DNA from: a virus
Lineage: Duplodnaviria; Caudoviricetes
Direction: 5' to 3' (one strand)
IMG/VR virus record: IMGVR_UViG_3300027819_000006
Length of the DNA: 64,000 bases
Positions 27,599 to 35,917 of this stretch are shown here, piece after piece. The stretch's first letter is position 1. Every line of letters begins with the position of its first letter. The translations under genes were made by a program, and so were the position numbers. Under the pieces are notes generated by a model. That model saw only the letters and a program-made list of their open reading frames with translations, searched no databases and was not told the DNA's origin.

Positions 27599-28988
27599 GT
27601 GAATTAATTCCACCTAAAGGATGGAATCTTCCTGCTTCATAGAAGCTGACTTATTTTTGATACTTAAAGTATCATCAGCAGAGGTCAATTTCTCCACAGG
27701 CTTAAAGTCCCTATGTTCCATAGGTATATAAGATTGATTATTTTTACCAACCAATAAAATTGTTTTTGCAGCTTTTATATCTCTATCTTCTTCGAAATTA
27801 CATACATCACATTTGAAAATTCTATCTTTAAGAGTTAAATTTTCATTTATTACACCACATTTATAGCACATCTTTGTAGTAGGGAACCATTTGTCTACAA
27901 TATAAACATTATTAGATGATTTTAATTTAGATTTTATTTTTCCAAGATAACTATGCTGTACTTGTTTCCCAAATAAACCTTTATGCCAACCTCTTAAATT
28001 CTCATCTTGCATAAAGACTCTTAAGTGATTTGTTAGAAGATAGTTTACTAATTTATTGGCAGCATCATTTTTTTTATTTGTTATTTTCTCATACTCTTTC
28101 TGAATTTTAATTCTCAGCTTATATCTATTGTTTGAGTTCTTTTTTGATTTTGCAAGTTTTCTTTGCAATCTTTTAAGATGCTCAGATTCTTCAATAAAGC
28201 AGTTGAAAATTTCACCCTCAGAAGTAGTAACATTGTTTTTGATACCAAAATCAAGACCTAAATCTTGTTTATTACAACAACTATTTAGTTTTTCAAATGT
28301 TACAAATTCAAAACATGTTAATTTTATATAATAACCAGAAGCTTTTTTTACTAGTTTAGCATTTGCTAAATCATAATTATCTTTAATTTGTTCTAATCCA
28401 TGAACTTTTAGAGGTTTCTTTATATTGAAAATCTTAATTTTATTTTTATTTATTATCTTATGTGTATTACCATATTGCGACAGTTCAATAGAGTTATATT
28501 CTCTTTTAAATTTAAGTTTACCGATTTTATGACCATTTCTTTTTAAAACAGATAAAGATTTTATATTTTGATAAACGAGTTTTATCAAATCTTGTTTACA
28601 TTTTGATGGCAGATATTTTAATTCTTTTTCAATGAACTTGTCTTTATATTTTACTAGTATGTTTTTTATTTTGTAGTTTACATCTGATATATTATCTTGA
28701 GCAAGAATATAATTGTACAACCATTTAGCTTCTACAAACCACATTTTTAATTGCTCTTCTTGTTGTTTGTTTAAAGATGATTGATCAATTTTAAGCTCAA
28801 AAACTTTGCATCGCTGAGATTGTCTTTTAATTCTTGTCTTTCTAAGAGATTCTTTGATTTTATTTCTTTTTGACTCATTCATATAGTTTAAATCTTATAT
28901 AGTTTTGTTTATATAAATATACATGAGAAAAATTAAAAAACATTCAAAAATTCATATTCCACATAAATGTCGGAATCTTTCTTTTTGA
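27599..28988 (-). mobile_element. Non-autonomous IS200/IS605-family element (tnpB only)
   Basis: Subterminal hairpins ttccacctaaaggatggaa (right end, ending TTCAC) and ttccacataaatgtcggaa (left end); no tnpA in window. Confidence 0.75.
27614..28882 (-). CDS. tnpB: TnpB-family nuclease
   Basis: LGLDFGIK, FMQDENL, PTTKMCYKCG...CDVC, DRDIKAA. Confidence 0.9.
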   Translation of the reverse strand: MNESKRNKIKESLRKTRIKRQSQRCKVFELKIDQSSLNKQQEEQLKMWFVEAKWLYNYILAQDNISDVNYKIKNILVKYKDKFIEKELKYLPSKCKQDLIKLVYQNIKSLSVLKRNGHKIGKLKFKREYNSIELSQYGNTHKIINKNKIKIFNIKKPLKVHGLEQIKDNYDLANAKLVKKASGYYIKLTCFEFVTFEKLNSCCNKQDLGLDFGIKNNVTTSEGEIFNCFIEESEHLKRLQRKLAKSKKNSNNRYKLRIKIQKEYEKITNKKNDAANKLVNYLLTNHLRVFMQDENLRGWHKGLFGKQVQHSYLGKIKSKLKSSNNVYIVDKWFPTTKMCYKCGVINENLTLKDRIFKCDVCNFEEDRDIKAAKTILLVGKNNQSYIPMEHRDFKPVEKLTSADDTLSIKNKSASMKQEDSIL

Positions 28989-29126
28989 GAATTACGTAAG
29001 ATAAGTCATGATATGACCATCATCGATCAAAAGATGAACCTTTTCTCTTGTGTCGAAACTAATAATTACTCTATTTAAATTCTTCATTGCAATCTCCTTG
29101 TTTAATTTTATAACCATTTTGTAATA

Positions 29127-29155
29127 AATATAAACAATCTATACTTAAAAGTAAA
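29127..29155 (-). promoter_or_regulatory. sigma70-type promoter (class I)
   Basis: TTTACT-N17-TATATT. Confidence 0.75.
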
Positions 29156-29235
29156 CAATTTTGTTCAAATTCCAAAAATAAATGCTGTACTAAAAATTAA
29201 TTAGCACAGCATTTACATTCAACTTCTAACAATCT

Positions 29236-29445
29236 CTAAACTCCAAACAATCCCTTTCTTGAAAGAGATCCAAACAATTGTAACAATGTAACAAGATCTG
29301 GACTATTAAACAATTTCACCCATTGTATTCTATTCTGAGATAATGTCTGAATTTCTTTTAAAGCTTTATCCATTCTTTCATTATCTGCTTTTAGTCTTTC
29401 ATATTCAGCAAAAACGTCTACATTTACAGCATCACCTTGTGCCAT
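29236..29445 (-). CDS. hypothetical protein
   Basis: 69-aa ORF with AGGAG RBS. Confidence 0.45.
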   Translation of the reverse strand: MAQGDAVNVDVFAEYERLKADNERMDKALKEIQTLSQNRIQWVKLFNSPDLVTLLQLFGSLSRKGLFGV

Positions 29446-29460
29446 GAATTCTCCTTTCTC

Positions 29461-30624
29461 TTAAACATCTACTGCTTCTGTTGAAGTCAATTCTTCTACT
29501 AGAACATCTTCATCTCTTTTTGATGGATCTTGCTCAACAAATAAAACATCTTTAATTCTTGTTCTTAAAAATTCATTGATTTCTTTGTTTTCTTCTTTTC
29601 TTATAAAATCTGAAAATTCTTTATTTTTGAACTCTATAATTTGACCATTGAAATCAATAGAGGATTTTTGTTTACTTATTTCTTTAACAACCTGTAACTC
29701 TCTTAGCATATCTAACCATGTTTCTTCTTCTATAATCCCTCTATTATAATACATATTTAATAAACATTCTCTGAATGGTGGCCCCAATTTATTTTTTTGT
29801 ACTCTTACTTTTATAGAAGCACCAATCGTATCTGTACCAATCTTAATTTTTCCAGCACTATATAATCTTAATCTGACAGAAGCATGAAAAGGAATAGCAA
29901 GTCCTCCAGATTCTGTGAACGGATCGACGAAAGCTGGTGCACCAATTTTACATCTAAGTTGATTGAGAAATACCAATGCTATTCTTTCTCTACCAATATA
30001 TCTAATAATCTTTCTAAGACCTTGTCCAATTAATCTAGCTTGAAGACCCATTGTAGATTCTCCATATTCATTCTCTAATTCTTTTCTTGTTGATGTTGCA
30101 GCTACAGAATCCCAAACTATACAGCATAATTTATCCTTATAATCTGTTCTAATTTTTTTTATTATAGCTTCCATTGCTATAAAAACATCTTCTGTAGAAT
30201 CTACTTGAATATATATCATCTCTCTTTTCTCTGGATCTAATCCTATCATTTTTAGAAAAGAAAAATCAGCTGTATTCTCTGTATCAATTAAAACTGGAAT
30301 ACCACCTCTATCTTTGCAATTTTTAAGTATCATATAACCCAGTAGACTTTTTCCAGTTGCGCTTTCTCCTGCACATGTACTCAAACGACCGACAGGAACT
30401 CCACCATGCTCTCTGTTGTTCGATATAATTGTATCTAATATTACAGATCCAGTAGATATAAACTCTTTTACCTCAGATGGAATGTCCTCATCACCAAGAA
30501 CATATGCAACATTTCCTAATTGTTTATTCAGAGAACTTACTATATCTTCAAATGCTGCTGATGGGGCACTTCCTGTGTTCCCATCTTCAGTATAATTTTG
30601 TTTTAATAATGATTTTCTTCCCAT
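29461..30624 (-). CDS. recA: RecA/UvsX recombinase
   Basis: ISTGS, GESATGKS, IDTE, VWDSVA, FLNQLR, GGLAIPFHASVRL, KNKLGPPF. Confidence 0.9.
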   Translation of the reverse strand: MGRKSLLKQNYTEDGNTGSAPSAAFEDIVSSLNKQLGNVAYVLGDEDIPSEVKEFISTGSVILDTIISNNREHGGVPVGRLSTCAGESATGKSLLGYMILKNCKDRGGIPVLIDTENTADFSFLKMIGLDPEKREMIYIQVDSTEDVFIAMEAIIKKIRTDYKDKLCCIVWDSVAATSTRKELENEYGESTMGLQARLIGQGLRKIIRYIGRERIALVFLNQLRCKIGAPAFVDPFTESGGLAIPFHASVRLRLYSAGKIKIGTDTIGASIKVRVQKNKLGPPFRECLLNMYYNRGIIEEETWLDMLRELQVVKEISKQKSSIDFNGQIIEFKNKEFSDFIRKEENKEINEFLRTRIKDVLFVEQDPSKRDEDVLVEELTSTEAVDV

Positions 30625-31544
30625 TATTTCTTCTTCCCTTTGGCCATCAGTTCTTCAAATTGCTTTTCAATATCATCTTCTACTTTTGTACCATCTAAAA
30701 CTTCTTCATCAGAATCTTCTTTTGCAGGAGACGAGTCTTCTACAACTGTCTTTTCAGTAGAGAAATTCTTGATAGTCCCCTCTTTGACATCTGTATTTGT
30801 ATCTTTAAATTCCAATGATGGATCTAGATAAGTATCAAGTGCTTTCTTCATATCTTCTCTAGACTTGAATTTAAATATTTCATATAGATCTGGAACTGTT
30901 TCTAACATTGTCTTTACTTCTTCAGTTGAAGCTGCTAATGAAGAATCAGCAAATGCTAACTTGATATCTGTCTTACCATAGGGAGGATTTATAACTTTTG
31001 AAATTGCTTCATACTTGAAATCTCTACCTTTTCTTAGATCAAGAATATCAATATTAGACTGTGCTGCATCTTTGATATTTTTTAAAATATCTACGTATAC
31101 AGTTTTACTTAGACCCAACCATCTGACTCCTTGATCTTCTTCTCCTCTAACTACTATTGGTGTGTAAATTCTTAATGAAGATGCAATTTTCTTGAATAGA
31201 TCTAATTTTTCTTTTGCATCTTCACCTTGCTTATCTTTTGCATAATCTTGCCAGATTGTAGTTGCAAACTCACACATGATACAATCTTCACTTTTCATTC
31301 TAGCTGGGCACAAAAAATTCCCATTGATTCCATAATGGAAGTACATTTCAATGAACGGAAGCTCATCAGACTTTCCAGGAATTGGGACTATTCTAATCTC
31401 ATAGCTTCTTTTTGTTTTACCAGCATCAGGTTTCCATAACCTATTTTTTTGCTGAGAATCATCTCCTTGCGTTTTTTGTTTTGGTTCAAGCCTCTCTAAA
31501 GCTGCATTAATTTTCTTCATGTCTATCATGTTACTAAATTTCAC
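30624..31544 (-). CDS. gp32-like single-stranded DNA-binding protein
   Basis: IRIVP..PFIEMYFHY..FLCP..CIMCE, acidic C-tail, adjacent to recA. Confidence 0.75.
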   Translation of the reverse strand: MKFSNMIDMKKINAALERLEPKQKTQGDDSQQKNRLWKPDAGKTKRSYEIRIVPIPGKSDELPFIEMYFHYGINGNFLCPARMKSEDCIMCEFATTIWQDYAKDKQGEDAKEKLDLFKKIASSLRIYTPIVVRGEEDQGVRWLGLSKTVYVDILKNIKDAAQSNIDILDLRKGRDFKYEAISKVINPPYGKTDIKLAFADSSLAASTEEVKTMLETVPDLYEIFKFKSREDMKKALDTYLDPSLEFKDTNTDVKEGTIKNFSTEKTVVEDSSPAKEDSDEEVLDGTKVEDDIEKQFEELMAKGKKK

Positions 31545-31762
31545 TCCTAAATTGATTGTTTGTTTTTGTTGTTGTTGTTTTGCTTCTATTTTTGAACCTA
31601 ACCACTTCTACTTCTTGTTACATTTGCTCCTGACTATTTTTAAAATTATTATGCTGCTGTTAATCACCTCTTTTCTGTTTGATAAAAATGAAAAGCTCAC
31701 TATGGTTTGTGCAAATTATAGCAACCATTAATGAGCTTATTGTTGTATCTGTTTTTAAAACT

Positions 31763-31984
31763 TTATCTGTTCAGTTTAAACTTTGGTTTAACAAAAATTC
31801 TTTTAATCATTCTGAACAGAATTTGTATCTGCATTAGAAACCATAGTATAGCTATTAGAATTAGGACTGCAACAAAAAATAGAATTATACATCCAATAAA
31901 TATAAGTGGAATTGCTACAGTTAATCCAACATATGCTGCTACTGCATAGATTAACCATTTTAGAGGAAGAATCAGTTCTGACAT
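31763..31984 (-). CDS. small membrane protein
   Basis: Long hydrophobic stretch. Confidence 0.45.
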   Translation of the reverse strand: MSELILPLKWLIYAVAAYVGLTVAIPLIFIGCIILFFVAVLILIAILWFLMQIQILFRMIKRIFVKPKFKLNR

Positions 31985-32006
31985 TTTTGATTCTTTCTAT
32001 TTTATT

Positions 32007-32093
32007 TGGCGGAAGAGTGAATAGTCGAAATCCCGGCTTTCACCGCCATATCAGTATTCAAAGCTGATGGCTCTCCACAGAGCGTACTCTTCC
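32007..32093 (-). tRNA. tRNA-Ser(TGA) with tRNA-Sec-like / allo-tRNA 8/4 architecture
   Basis: 8-bp acceptor GGAAGAGT/ACTCTTCC, 5-bp D-stem with 4-nt loop, loop TTTGAAT, long variable arm, 4-bp T-stem, G73-CCA. Confidence 0.75.
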
Positions 32094-32095
32094 TT

Positions 32096-32350
32096 TTAAG
32101 GATTTAGTTTATTAAAATTTCCAATATATATAATTTTATCATTATAGCAAGATACTCTAAAAACATTTCCATTAACATTGTCTACTATAGCAATATTTGC
32201 GCCATAATTAATATTAACCAATGAATATCGTTGTGCATACATTATTTGAGGACTCACTTCTGTATGAGTTTTTATAGAGAACACTAATAATAGAAATACT
32301 ATAATAGATGCTATTACTAAAATTGTTTTTTTGCTAATGTTGATTATCAT
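32096..32350 (-). CDS. hypothetical exported protein
   Basis: Signal-like N-terminus. Confidence 0.45.
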   Translation of the reverse strand: MIINISKKTILVIASIIVFLLLVFSIKTHTEVSPQIMYAQRYSLVNINYGANIAIVDNVNGNVFRVSCYNDKIIYIGNFNKLNP

Positions 32351-32366
32351 TTTAATCCTTTCATAT

Positions 32367-32397
32367 TTGGCTGCCCTAGATCGATTTAAACGATCAA
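32367..32397 (-). pseudogene. tRNA 3'-half remnant
   Basis: GATCG-TTTAAAT-CGATC-TAGGGCA-G-CCA with no 5' half. Confidence 0.5.
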
Positions 32398-32405
32398 TAA
32401 AGTGA

Positions 32406-32478
32406 TTACCAGTGAAAGAGTTGAACTCTCATGACAAGGTTCAAAGCCTTGTATCTTAAACCATTAGATGAACTGGCA
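32406..32478 (-). tRNA. tRNA-Gln(TTG), CCA not encoded
   Basis: CAAGG-CTTTGAA-CCTTG; acceptor TGCCAGT/ACTGGTA. Confidence 0.8.
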
Positions 32479-32539
32479 TTTTAGATTTTAAAAACATATT
32501 TTCTGACTTCATCGACAAAAGACAAAGAGACTGTATTAT

Positions 32540-32618
32540 TTTGCTCAAGAACTTGGAGTTACACCAATATTTTCTCATTAGATAAATGAGCGCTTTGATC
32601 AATTTGAATTACAAGAGC
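32540..32618 (-). pseudogene. Degenerate tRNA-like sequence
   Basis: Acceptor GCTCTTG/CTTGAGC with two mismatches; CTCAT/ATGAG anticodon stem. Confidence 0.35.
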
Positions 32619-32627
32619 TTTTAATAT

Positions 32628-32855
32628 TTACCAACTTTCTAAATTGATTTCATGATATATTCCACATTCACAGTATAGTATTTCTACATATATACTGCCA
32701 TGAGAACCACATAACTCACATTCTCCAGAATTAGATCTTATGAATATTCTATCTGTTGTCATTTCTTTATTTAATTTAGGACAGATGTATTTTAAACAAA
32801 GAAGTTTAGCATCTTTATATTTCTTTATTCTTTTCATCTGTTTCATATGTTTCAT
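32628..32855 (-). CDS. small Cys-rich protein
   Basis: CELCGSH, CECGIYH. Confidence 0.45.
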   Translation of the reverse strand: MKHMKQMKRIKKYKDAKLLCLKYICPKLNKEMTTDRIFIRSNSGECELCGSHGSIYVEILYCECGIYHEINLESW

Positions 32856-32873
32856 ATAGCTTTACTTTCAATT

Positions 32874-32951
32874 TGGAGGGATGAAGCGGATTTGAACCGC
32901 AATCTGCTTGTTTCACATACAAGCGCTTTACTCGCTTAAGCTATCATCCCC
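32874..32951 (-). tRNA. tRNA-His(GTG)
   Basis: CTTGT-ATGTGAA-ACAAG, G-1, CCA. Confidence 0.85.
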
Positions 32952-32958
32952 AATTGTT

Positions 32959-33034
32959 TGGAGACTCCAGTTGGAATTTCACCAACACAAAGCAATTTTG
33001 CAGATTGTTCTCTTGAATATTAGAGCATGGAGTC
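32959..33034 (-). tRNA. tRNA-Cys(GCA)
   Basis: Loop CTGCAAA; acceptor GACTCCA/TGGAGTC; T-CCA. Confidence 0.8.
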
Positions 33035-33045
33035 TTATTTTATAT

Positions 33046-33137
33046 TGGTCGGTAAGGAGAGATTTGAACTCTAAAGATGTTTTTATCAACATCTGACAGT
33101 TTAGCAAACTGTTTGGTTCACTATACCAGATCTTCCA
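33046..33137 (-). tRNA. tRNA-Ser(GCT), 5' acceptor strand imperfect
   Basis: ACAGT-TTGCTAA-ACTGT, long variable arm, CCA. Confidence 0.6.
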
Positions 33138-33145
33138 TATAGTTT

Positions 33146-33244
33146 AATCTACACCAGAAATGCAGATAAAATATCTTGTGCACAGATAGATTAACATCAT
33201 TTCTTATGCTCTCAACCTGGATATCAGGAGTTGCAGTGTAGATT
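33146..33244 (-). ncRNA. candidate tRNA-sized structured RNA
   Basis: Closing stem AATCTACAC/GTGTAGATT with internal hairpins; no tRNA consensus. Confidence 0.35.
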
Positions 33245-33251
33245 TTTATGT

Positions 33252-33326
33252 TGGTCGAGCAAGAAAGAGTTGAACTTTCATCGACTGGTTCCCAAAACCA
33301 GGGCTATTACATTAAGCTATTGCTCG
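33252..33326 (-). tRNA. tRNA-Pro(TGG)
   Basis: CTGGT-TTTGGGA-ACCAG, CCA. Confidence 0.85.
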
Positions 33327-33337
33327 ATATTTTAATT

Positions 33338-33412
33338 TGGTGACCCGTGAGATAGTTGAAATCTCCTCTAGAGTTTGAAAGACTCTGATACTTTCCGCTG
33401 TACGAACGGGTC
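33338..33412 (-). tRNA. tRNA-Glu(TTC)
   Basis: AGAGT-CTTTCAA-ACTCT, CCA. Confidence 0.85.
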
Positions 33413-33423
33413 ATTTTATATTT

Positions 33424-33501
33424 TGGTGGCTCTAACAGGATTCCAACCTGTGGCTTCCTCTTTAGAAGAGAGGCACTCTATGCGGGCTGAGTTATAGAGC
33501 C
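33424..33501 (-). tRNA. tRNA-Arg(TCT)
   Basis: CCTCT-CTTCTAA-AGAGG, CCA. Confidence 0.85.
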
Positions 33502-33701
33502 ATTTAAATTTTATATCGTCATATTAGTATTTTTCTAATATTGTATTCTTCTTCAGATTGCAACCTCTTTAAAAAATCATTTTATCTGGACAAGAGTGAC
33601 GTACCAGACAAGCATCATTGAGCCACCATCAGAGGAACTTTCGTTACTCCTCCACCGCTACTTTTTTCACAAGAAAGTAGTAAAACTCTTTCATATTTAA
33701 G

Positions 33702-33785
33702 TGGCCCTAGAAGGATTTGAACCTTCACCCAGATTAACTGGACTAGTTCTTAAAACTAGCGTGGCTGCCGTTACACCATAGAGCC
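33702..33785 (-). tRNA. tRNA-Leu(TAA), CCA not encoded
   Basis: CTAGT-TTTAAGA-ACTAG, long variable arm. Confidence 0.85.
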
Positions 33786-33811
33786 ATTACTTATCCATCT
33801 TCTTACAAATA

Positions 33812-34033
33812 TCAATTCAGCTTATCAAACAGAAGTGCATAAAAAACTATAATTGCCATGACTACACAAAATACTGCATCAAATTTACCTTTATCTAATG
33901 TTCTCAGATGTTCCATTGGAGCATAACAGATAAACATTAATAGTAAGAGTCCATAGATTGCTCGAAACATTTTAGTAACCTTTCTTATAGACTGTTTATT
34001 TTGTATAGTATAATATAAACAATCTATAAACAA
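33812..34033 (-). CDS. small membrane protein (likely start MFRAIYG)
   Basis: Hydrophobic ORF after promoter. Confidence 0.4.
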   Translation of the reverse strand: MFIDCLYYTIQNKQSIRKVTKMFRAIYGLLLLMFICYAPMEHLRTLDKGKFDAVFCVVMAIIVFYALLFDKLN

Positions 34034-34040
34034 AAGTAAA
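34012..34040 (-). promoter_or_regulatory. sigma70-type promoter (class I)
   Basis: TTTACT-N17-TATATT. Confidence 0.7.
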
Positions 34041-34057
34041 GGAGTATTTTAAAATTA

Positions 34058-34149
34058 TTAGACTTGCCACAATCAACCAAAGCTGATTGTTCGCCACGTA
34101 ATTTGTCTAACTCTGAATCTGCAAGAGTGCAGATTCAGCAGTAGTCTAA
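34058..34149 (-). ncRNA. candidate tRNA-sized structured RNA
   Basis: Closing TTAGACT/AGTCTAA; hairpins CTGAATCTGCA/TGCAGATTCAG and ACAATCAGC/GTTGATTGT. Confidence 0.45.
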
Positions 34150-34160
34150 TTTTTATTAGT

Positions 34161-34183
34161 TGGTAGCCTGGGAGCGATTTGCA
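34161..34183 (-). pseudogene. 3' fragment of a split tRNA
   Basis: TGCAAAT-CGCTC-CCAGGCT-A-CCA; partner 5' fragment at 35333-35357. Confidence 0.6.
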
Positions 34184-34215
34184 GGCTATGTAATAAATTT
34201 ATTATATGGACTTTG

Positions 34216-34289
34216 TACGGGATGAGGGAGTCAAACCCTCCATCTTGGCTTTATAAGAACCAGGCATTCATCAGGTATGCTAATCCCGT
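34216..34289 (-). tRNA. tRNA-Ile(TAT), CCA not encoded, within a 20-bp perfect inverted repeat
   Basis: TGGTT-CTTATAA-AGCCA; repeat 34204-34223 / 34283-34302. Confidence 0.75.
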
Positions 34290-34339
34290 ACAAAGTCCAT
34301 ATTTCTATTTAAAATTATTAGCTTAAAAGTAAAAATACA

Positions 34340-35227
34340 TTATGCAAGAGCTAATTGTTTCATGAATATGTCGAATTCAACTTCTACAAATAACTCGTTA
34401 TGTTTGCCCATGTCTTTTATAATATAAACTTTATAGCCAGCTCTTTCTATTTCTTTTATTTTTATCTTTTCTCTACTCTGTACTTGTTCGACTGAATGTT
34501 TATCTGCTACTTTCTTATAATGCCAAATACCATTCCATAAAATTGCAGTTTTAATATCTTCTATTATTACATCTGCATCCCAACCATTAAAAATAGCTTC
34601 ATTATGCAGTACGTTTTTAAATTTTCTGCAACACAGTTCATAAAAATATATTTCATTCTTGCTTCTTCTTCTTAATCTCTGAGAATTAGCAGATTTTTTA
34701 CCAGCTTCTCTTGCTTTAGCTAAATATTCAGCAGAAGATCTTGTACATGTTTCACAGCAATATTTTTTATTTGAATCTATTCTTTTCAAAAACATTTTTT
34801 GACAATTGATGCTATTACATGTTACTTCTATTCTTTCTATTTTATGAATATTTACTATTCTGCCGCTTACATAACCTGATTTAATAGTATTTGATACTTT
34901 TTTTCGAGTTTCTTCACTGTGTGTTCGCGCATGCGAACATTTATCAGAACAGCATTTATGAGATAGAGCATTATCTCTAATTCTTATTTGAGTTTCGAAC
35001 CATTTGTTACATCTATCACATTTGTGAAAAACTTCAACCCATAAAATCTTTTTAGCTTTCGACTTTATACTTTTAGATAATTTCTGTAATGATTCTTCTG
35101 AAAACTTTCTTCCATAAAAGGGATTATTAGACCCTTTTAAATTTATTCCAGTGTTGCAGAATCTTTTGTGAGATGTTACTGCTCTTTTAGATTTAAAATA
35201 TCTATCGCATGTATCACATTTTATCAT
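34340..35227 (-). CDS. Homing-type endonuclease (Zn finger, NUMOD3, Vsr/DUF559-like)
   Basis: NPFYGRKFSEE, HSEETRKKVS, RSKNEIYF...WDADV...LWNGIWH. Confidence 0.75.
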   Translation of the reverse strand: MIKCDTCDRYFKSKRAVTSHKRFCNTGINLKGSNNPFYGRKFSEESLQKLSKSIKSKAKKILWVEVFHKCDRCNKWFETQIRIRDNALSHKCCSDKCSHARTHSEETRKKVSNTIKSGYVSGRIVNIHKIERIEVTCNSINCQKMFLKRIDSNKKYCCETCTRSSAEYLAKAREAGKKSANSQRLRRRSKNEIYFYELCCRKFKNVLHNEAIFNGWDADVIIEDIKTAILWNGIWHYKKVADKHSVEQVQSREKIKIKEIERAGYKVYIIKDMGKHNELFVEVEFDIFMKQLALA

Positions 35228-35332
35228 TGAACTATCTCCTCAGTGTTTATACTATAATAAATATAAACATCAAAGAGAAAAGTTCAACTACATATTACCC
35301 CAATCAATACTGTTTATTGAAGCAATATTTCT

Positions 35333-35357
35333 ACCGTCCTGGATCGGTCTGCAGGCT
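35333..35357 (-). pseudogene. 5' fragment of a split tRNA
   Basis: AGCCTGC acceptor strand plus D-arm ACCG/CGGT. Confidence 0.5.
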
Positions 35358-35366
35358 ATTTAAAAT

Positions 35367-35834
35367 TTACTTCTTCACAAGATTTGGATCAACAATTTCC
35401 GGATTGATAATTGTAACCTTGATGTCATCCATTTCGTACTTGTACTTTCCATAAGTATTTTCAAGATATGGTCTGATTGCATCTGGTGTGAAGCAGAAAA
35501 CTGATCCATCAATATCGACCAGAACTGGCATCTTCCTTCTACTAACTTTCAATCCGATAATCTTTGCATTCTTGCTATCATAAGTGAATGGCTTATTAAT
35601 CCATTCAGGATTGAGTTGATACCACTGAGCTTCTTCAATATAGTCTCTATAGAACTGCGTAATCACAACTCCATCTTCTGCAACTGCTGAACATTCAAGC
35701 TTCATACTGAAAGATGAATCATTAAACTTGATACAGCCCTGACTGAACTTGACATTATACTTTGTTTCAACAACTTTAAGAGCATTTTCAATTTCTCTAC
35801 GGATATTCTTGAGGTTGCTCTTATCAAAAACCAT
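35367..35834 (-). CDS. hypothetical protein
   Basis: 155-aa ORF with GGAG RBS. Confidence 0.55.
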   Translation of the reverse strand: MVFDKSNLKNIRREIENALKVVETKYNVKFSQGCIKFNDSSFSMKLECSAVAEDGVVITQFYRDYIEEAQWYQLNPEWINKPFTYDSKNAKIIGLKVSRRKMPVLVDIDGSVFCFTPDAIRPYLENTYGKYKYEMDDIKVTIINPEIVDPNLVKK

Positions 35835-35886
35835 TTTGATTTAATCTCCGTTTGAGAAGTTGTTGTATAACCATTTTGTACGGTTA

Positions 35887-35911
35887 AATATAAACTGAAT
35901 GCAAATGTAAA
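35887..35911 (-). promoter_or_regulatory. degenerate class I promoter (13-nt spacer)
   Basis: TTTACA...TATATT with ACAAAATGGTT downstream, as in other copies. Confidence 0.45.
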
Positions 35912-35917
35912 CAATTT

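Larger units (their letters stand above)
27457..29087 (-). pseudogene. 73-codon ORF interrupted by the IS605-like element
   Basis: Joining 29087-29001 to 27591-27457 at the ACTTAT repeat gives MKNLNRVII...GHIMTYDSKSSEGPYPQDAF...HIYN*. Confidence 0.6.

Noticed and set aside
32007-32093. Selenocysteine tRNA
   Set aside because: The body is Sec-like but the anticodon on the transcribed strand is TGA (Ser), not TCA.
33586-33690. Hammerhead ribozyme (CTGATG and GAAA present)
   Set aside because: Core is CTGATGG, and the spacing from GAAA is too short to form stems I and III.
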